64,000 bases of DNA from Eledone cirrhosa (Eukaryota). Shown piece by piece: positions 63,223 to 64,000 of this stretch. Under the pieces are notes generated by a model, which searched no databases, was not told the DNA's origin, and worked only from the letters and a program-made list of their open reading frames with translations. The stretch's first letter is position 1, and every line of letters begins with the position of its first letter. The DNA lies in contig OZ024756.1 of the NCBI GenBank assembly GCA_964016885.1, positions 2,976,001-3,040,000 on the forward strand. Direction: 5' to 3'. A program made the position numbers and the translations under genes.

Positions 63223-63516
63223 CAAGGGTCAGCTTAAAAGTTCATAGGCTGACAATGAAGGAGTGACACTAGGGCTGTGAAATCTTGCATGAATTAATTT
63301 CAACTTTTCTTATCAATAACTGCCGATTTTAACATTGACATTCATCCTTACGGGGTTGATAAAATAAAGTACCAGTAATGTACTGGGATAATTACTGGCC
63401 ATGTGTCAAAAGTAGAAACAATGTTTTCTTTCGAGGAACTATGTTGGAAGATAAACCTCGTTTTATCATTCCATGAGAGTATCTTGGTCAGCTTATCAAC
63501 TTTCAGTCGACCCTCG
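63223..63516. mobile_element. Mariner-type MITE with a nested SINE fragment (63341-63425)
   Basis: TA-flanked imperfect TIRs CAAGGGTCAGCTTAAAAGTTCATAGGCTGAC / GTCAGCTTATCAACTTTCAGTCGACCCTCG. Confidence 0.75.
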
Positions 63517-64000
63517 TACTTATGTCCTCTATGTTTTGAGTTCAAATATCACAGATGTTAACTTTGTTTTTCATCCTTACGGGGGTCGATAAAATATAGT
63601 ACCAGTAATGCACTGGAATCGTTTTAGTCGACATTCCCTACTCCTAAAATTGTTGAAGGGGGTGGATTAACACCATCCTGCGGTGGAGGGTCACGAAACA
63701 TGATTTGTGACATAATATTACGTCCCTTTACGTTTTGATTTCAAATCCCACAGAAGTTAGCTTTGCCTTTCAACCTTTCGTGTTCGATAAATAAAGTACG
63801 AAAAAAATTATTGGTTTTTTTATAGTCTATATTCGACTCTCCTCTCCTACAAATTATTGGTCGTGTCCATGCTAGAAACCCTTAGTATTACTGGAAGGTG
63901 GTACATTGGCAGAATTGTTAGGGCGTTTGACTAAGTGATTTGTGGAATATACTCCGGTTCTTTACGTCCCCAGTTCAAATCCCACCGAGTTTAGCTTTGC

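Overview
Eukaryotic, AT-rich DNA saturated with microsatellites, with no host protein-coding exon that I could recognise. The tRNA-derived SINE family and the repeat landscape suggest an octopus/cephalopod genome (inference, not verified). Contents: (1) a Penelope-like element (PLE) at 1-~2520 (-) encoding RT plus a frameshifted C-terminal GIY-YIG endonuclease, with a hammerhead ribozyme (HHR) in its pseudo-LTR. (2) A 13-kb head-to-tail stack of six Tx1-like non-LTR retrotransposon copies (one full length, five 5'-truncated, at least three subfamilies), all on the + strand in a (TACC)n/(TATC)n microsatellite, apparently a sequence-specific family. (3) Many unrelated short elements embedded in (TA)n that carry type I HHR motifs. 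About a dozen are well formed; several have 55-80 nt structured insertions in stem II and/or a CCGAUGA core, and many inverted-repeat junctions map onto the ribozyme. (4) A second truncated PLE, an R4/Dong-like RLE fragment in (CATA)n, RTE fragments, SINEs, mariner-type MITEs and minisatellites, one built from RTE coding sequence. All structures were read by eye; boundaries are approximate to a few bases, and no folding program or database search was run.
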